From Azolla caroliniana (lineage: Eukaryota; Plantae; Polypodiophyta), in NCBI GenBank assembly GCA_043228905.1, contig JBHGNT010000005.1:17174001-17238000 (forward strand): a DNA stretch of 64,000 nucleotides, read 5' to 3'. Each line of letters starts with the position of its first letter. The stretch's first letter is position 1. Shown in pieces: positions 58,731 through 64,000 of the stretch. Below the pieces are notes generated by a model. The model made no database searches. It had not been told where the DNA came from and worked only from the letters and a program-made list of their open reading frames with translations. The translations under genes were made by a program, and so were the position numbers.

Positions 58731-61401
58731 GATACGTCTGTAGGTCTTGGCACCTCTTCCTATCGGGTTTGCCATCCTCATTGTCCACCTCGCAACCCCA
58801 TTACTGGTATCGGCATCAACCCTGCAAGGAGATTTGGAGTTGCGGTTATCTACGGACACCAAAAGATATGGGATGAGCATGTACGTACGTATCTCTTCAT
58901 TCATTCTCTCTTGCACATGCATGTGCACATGGAGGTCATTTGATGTTTAGAAAAAAGACCATTCATTGCATAATTTTGGTTGCATTTCTCGTTTGCTTGA
59001 CCTCATGACCAACCAACCCTTTGGATTTGTAATTGGAGCCATTTTTTTATGTGCTATGTAATTTTACTTACAATGTTTTCCCTATATCTTATACAATGGA
59101 TCTTCTGTGTCGGGGTTGGGACAACTGTTATTTATCATCAATATGTACTTCGAGCAAGAGCTTGGAAGGCTTTTGGTTCTTTCTGTAGCCAATCAAGCAT
59201 CATATAAGAAGCAACATCATTAGGACTACATCATCTTTGGCGATTTGTGCCATGCCTGGATCATGAGCGTTTGATTATTTGTACATGCACACATACAACA
59301 CCCTTCACTTTTCCTATTTGCTCCATTGCAATTGTTGATTGTGACATGTCTTTATTTGTACCATTTAACACGTGAACCCTCTAGTTTGTTTTAGTCATGA
59401 GTATTTTATGGGGGGTTATTTGCATAATATTATTCCCTATTTAATGAGATTGATTCTCTTCTCTTAATGTTGTCCTCATAGAATGACATATTCGCATTCG
59501 TAGGGCCTCCCCCACAAATGGATACGAATATGAATACATGTAAAAGTATTCTTTTATTTTTTTGGTAAAGAGAAACCTAGTAAGAGAATGAACATGGAAC
59601 AATGAAGAAGCCTACTCCTGCATGCATCCTGTGCGTAACATTACATCCTCATATACTTTTTCACATTCTTGTATACTTTTTTCATCAGCATGCAATCTTT
59701 ATACTTGGTTATTCAAAGTAAAGAAAGACACAGTTTTGTAAACAACATGTCTCAGGCTTCAAACCCCCCCCCCCCCCTTTGCACCCTTTAATTATCACCA
59801 TCAACATCAAGCGTCAAAGTCTTTCCACTTACTGAGCTATGATTGCTCCCACTTATTTGTTTACTTTTTCAATGAATGTGAGAATTATAACCATCCAAAT
59901 TTAAGCTTAGATTGTTTAATAGGATTCGTGGTGAGAATTTGAATTTTGGTAAGTTTTTTAATATGAGATAAAGGTCAAACAAAACAAATGTTCAGTACCT
60001 CTTTATTCTATTTTTTTATTATTCATAGAAAACTATAAATGTGAAGCTCGATGAACATGTTAAGGGGTCTTGTAATAGATTTCTCCTTTATCTATAGTAA
60101 TACATACATATTTAATTTTCAGTTTCAAATGAATTGTTACATTTAGTCATATAATTCAATCTATAAGCAAGTTTGGTACGGTGGGCTCTTCACGAAGAGT
60201 TAATTGTTCTAGATTGTCCTCATTAGCATCAGTTGTATGCTCCACTGCATTGTGCATATGTTTAGACTCTTATACATCTTCTAGGTCCGCAAGGTCCCTT
60301 GCTTCTTCATCTATAGGTTCCATTGGTTCTCTGGAAGTCATATAGAACCTCTCTATTTCATTGATGTGCTTTGCTCCAACTTCTAGATATTGAACGGGAC
60401 AGTCCCAGATACCTTGGATCCTCATTTTGATGAAGTTTGCTTGTTCAATACAACACAATTTCTAAACATATTTAATGCACAAGTTGTAGTAGTTCCTGAT
60501 TGTGTAATGGAATCCCACATTGTCAAAATAAGAATTATAGTCTATAAGTTAATCTAAATTAACGTGATTAAACTTATATTATATACATGTGCCGAAGAAC
60601 AAATCTAGAACCCAATCATCTGGGTTTGAGAATAGCTCAATTAGGCAATTTATTAATCTTTGAGGTTTTTGATAAGGGTTCCCAAGACTTATCACCCTAT
60701 ACATGGTGTAGCTTCTTCGTCACAACTAGGCACATGATGTAATGCATAACGTTTCTTTCATTAACGTGTGCCCGAGCCTTCTTCTTTGTAATAGAATCGT
60801 CGTAATGCACACAAAGATGTTCAACTGCAATAAGCATTTGATCCCCAGGGTTACATGTAATATTTGTTTTAATCATATTAACATCATACAATAGTATTAA
60901 AAATATTAAACACTTTCCCATTATTATTTGTTCTACAATATTTTCTTGTGCTTTAAAATCTATAATATTTTTTTTGGAAAAAAAAAAACTATAATATTCT
61001 TATGATTCTCAAACAATGCAGTTTCGAGGTCCCAGCCCATGACTTAAAAGTTTTTCTGGTACCAAAAAATTGAGCCAAATTTATCAATCCTTATTATATT
61101 CCTTTTGAGAAAAGCTTTGAACTCCATTTCGCCAGACAATAAGAATCTAGATAGAACCAAGGATATTGAAACATAAGGAAGTGAAAAGAAACAGGTTTAC
61201 CTCAATATACACCCATCATTCATTTCATACAACTGTGAGACTTTTCAGATTCATATTCTCGCAGTAAAGTGGTTTACAACAAAAAAATGAGTGCCACAAC
61301 AGTTTTCATCACCCATGAGAGATTCTATGCTACCAGCGTAGAAGCAAACAAAGTTTACAACAGGTATGTGCCATTACAGTTTTCATCCCATTCTGTTGCC
61401 T

Positions 61402-62856
61402 TCAAACCCTGATCTCCTCATCGGCTGCTTCAGAATTTTCGTTTATCATTGCTAGACCTTCTTCCACTATTTCCAAGTAAGAATTGCTCTCCTCATCAAA
61501 TCTGAACCTGTAGAAACAGAGGAAAAAAAAAAAATCCAGAATAAGGTTTTTGTTTAGAACTCAGGCATTCACTGAAACAAAAACACAACAGGCATGTCCC
61601 TAGACATCAAGATGGGAAGCTACATGTCTGGCCTAATATGAAAGACCTATAGTAATAGGCCAATCTCCAGCATGTGAATGTACATTTGGTTGTTGAAGTG
61701 AGGTTTATTAGGCCGGACATTGCAAATGCCGGTCGTAATATCTAACACACATCCAGCATTCTGATCACCGACATGTTTGCCTAGCATAAACACAATAGGA
61801 GGCACATCGCTAGACATCAAGATGGGAAGCTACATCTCTGGCCTAATATGAAACACCCATGGTAATAGGCCAATCTCCAGAGTGTGAATGTACCTTTAGT
61901 TGACGGGAGGTCTACTAGGCCAGACATTGCAAATGCCGGTTTGAATATCCAACATTCTGATCAAACCACACTCACGAAAACATGATTACTATCTATTCTA
62001 AGAACACTACTACAATAGCAGCTTTTAACTAGATCAAAAATCCTCAAATGCTTACCATTTCCCTGAAGAGGCATTGCAAAACAATCCTGTGTTTCCATCA
62101 TAATAGTAACCGACTGTGCTGTTGTAGTAGTACCTAAAATGTTTAAAAAATACTTCAGATAAAATTAAGCAATATTATCTAAACACATTTACGCATATTC
62201 AGAAACACATGCCCAATGAGATACATCAGAATAAACAATAGAATGCACGAGAACATCTTAATCAACTCTTCCAACAACATTCACAAGGATTCTGAATGGC
62301 TGTTCCATTCTTTTCAATGATGTTCACAAGGATTTCACTTTAACATGCAATTTATATTGCTAGTCAAAAATATATTGTTGAATACTATAAAGAGTTTGTG
62401 GTCGAGAAATCATTTCCCCAATTCCAATTCTACGTTAACAAAATAGATCAACTGGTTAAACCCCTTTCAAAACAATATGGCTAATCAAATTTGTAATTAG
62501 AAACATACATACCCACTTGCTTCATCATACACATAACCTGGGTCAGCTGGAATACCGACATCTGGATGGTGAAGAATTTTAGAAACTTAGTACACTCCAA
62601 AAATGAGGATACTGTTAAGGTCCCATCTTTTGAGAGATACCTTCAGCTTGTTCGCTCCTTTTAGGAGCTAGATTGTCATCTTCAGAAAACATGTCTTCAG
62701 ATGGTGCTGTTGTGTTTATTAATGATATCTTGTTATCGGTTGCTTCACTGTTCTTTTCTGCCTCACTGGAAATTTCCTCATCCCCAAACATATCAAAACT
62801 AGTGCTAGCTCCTTCATGTAATCTCAATTTTGATTTCTCAAGGATCTCATATCCTT
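61402..62856 (-). CDS. 3' exons of a CD2BP2/LIN1-like (CD2-binding protein-related) OCRE-domain protein; 5' part outside window
   Basis: Exons 62856-62641, 62561-62513, 62133-62056, 61507-61402 splice in frame: EGYE..DMFGDEE..DMFSEDD..GYVYDEASGYYYNSTVGYYYDGNTGLFCNASSGKWFRFDEESNSYLEI..stop (OCRE aromatic repeats). Confidence 0.85.
61591..61965. repeat. Two diverged tandem ~210-bp units, each with an internal inverted repeat, in the last intron
   Basis: Units begin at 61591 and 61801; arms ATGTCTGGCCTAATA / TATTAGGCCGGACAT. Confidence 0.85.
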
Positions 62857-63370
62857 CTGTAACAAATTGAAGTTAATAGTCAGCAAGTATGAATAATGTA
62901 GTTACCCTTCAACATTAAAAACAGAATTTATGATGAGTAAAGATATGGAATTTGCAATTATGGAAGCCACTACCATCAGAAAGCCTGTTGCAATTCTCCC
63001 CGATCTATACATGTTGGGATCAACCTTAAGACATCAATAATTATTATGTTTTTATTTAACACTGAACTTTTCTGCAAGCTGAAATTGAGGTTTTAAACAC
63101 CGATAATTAGATCTGTCCGTATAAGATTATGAGTATTGGTGATTTCACTTTGTTGCGCACTCTTGGAGGTTCAACAAAAGTCATCACGCCATGCCTCTTG
63201 GAAACTAGTTTTTGAGCAAGAAATTTAAGATTATTTGCACATTTCTATCAGTTTGTGCGCGGATAGAAGTTTCTAGAAAACCCTAAACCTTGTCAATTTT
63301 CAGCTAATGATAAAAAGATATACATGCAAGGTTGCTAACTTTGAGATCTATCAACCTCTCGTCATTTTAC

Positions 63371-63894
63371 TTTTATGTTTCAAGGTAAAAGCCAGCTTGT
63401 GTTTCACATTCTGATTATCTTCTTGGGTGTTAAATATTATGAAAAGCCATGAGAATTAAATGGGAAGCCCTATGTATCATGATTTATCAACCCTCTAATC
63501 AAATAAGTTTCAGTACAAAAAGATCCCGCCAGACTTTTATGTTTCAAGGTAAAAGCCAGCTTGTGTTTCACATTCTGATTACCTTCTTGGGTGTTAAATA
63601 TTATGGAAAGCCATGAGAATTAAATGGGAAGCCCTATGTACAGCACGATATGATGATTGATGATTTATCAACCCTCTAACCAAATAAGTTTCAGTACGAA
63701 AAGATCCCACCAGACTTTTATGTTTCATGGTAAAAGCCAGCTTGTGTTTCACATTCTGATTATCATCTTGGGTGTTAAATATTATGAAAGCCATGAAAAT
63801 TAAATGGGACGCCCTATGTACAGCACGATATGATGATTGATGATTTAACAACCCTCTAACCAAATAAGTTTCAGTACGAAAAGATCCCACCAGA
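63371..63894. repeat. Three tandem copies of a ~180-bp unit (intronic minisatellite)
   Basis: Units at ~63371 (163 bp), 63534 (181 bp) and 63715 (180 bp). Confidence 0.95.
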
Positions 63895-64000
63895 TCCAAA
63901 TGTGGCAATGAGAGATGAAAGATGCAACAGGCTCCTAAATTGTTGGAATAGATAGAATATTGAAGTTGGGGAAGGATAGACGAGAGATGTTTTTCTAATG

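Noticed and set aside
61591-61790. U17/snR30-like H/ACA RNA
   Set aside because: Only loose resemblance to the m1/m2 motifs, no 5' hairpin or H box, and the terminal ACA is not kept in copy 2.
63645-63765. Possible C/D snoRNA (ATGATGA...CTGA with a 4-bp terminal stem)
   Set aside because: Antisense to the host gene, spans repeat-unit boundaries, C box missing in copy 1, and no rRNA guide recognised.

Overview
Land-plant genomic DNA (intron-rich genes, many microsatellites; the TE families suggest a seed-free plant, which cannot be proven here). 1-10.6 kb: 5' half (20 coding exons, minus strand) of a callose synthase gene with a LINE fragment in intron 5. 10.7-17.3 kb: decayed TE DNA (Ulp1-like remnant, tandem arrays, truncated L1-type LINE). 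17.3-54.7 kb: a four-level transposon nest. A Tc1/mariner-like TIR element contains chromovirus A, which contains Ty3/gypsy B. B contains a copia fragment, OTA-type gypsy C, and two intact young gypsy elements D and E. B, D and E form one tRNA-Trp-primed, 4-bp-TSD family sharing several cis-elements readable from the sequence: a -1 frameshift heptamer plus covarying pseudoknot between protease and RT, a pre-PPT hairpin, a U5 motif, and CG-centred target sites. 55-58.7 kb: a solo LTR, a MITE, and a truncated callose synthase duplicate that could still encode only the ~151-aa N-terminal Vta1-like domain. 61.4-62.9 kb: 3' exons of a CD2BP2/LIN1-like OCRE-domain gene. All coordinates and counts were read by hand and may be off by a few bases; tRNA and family assignments are from memory, not database searches.
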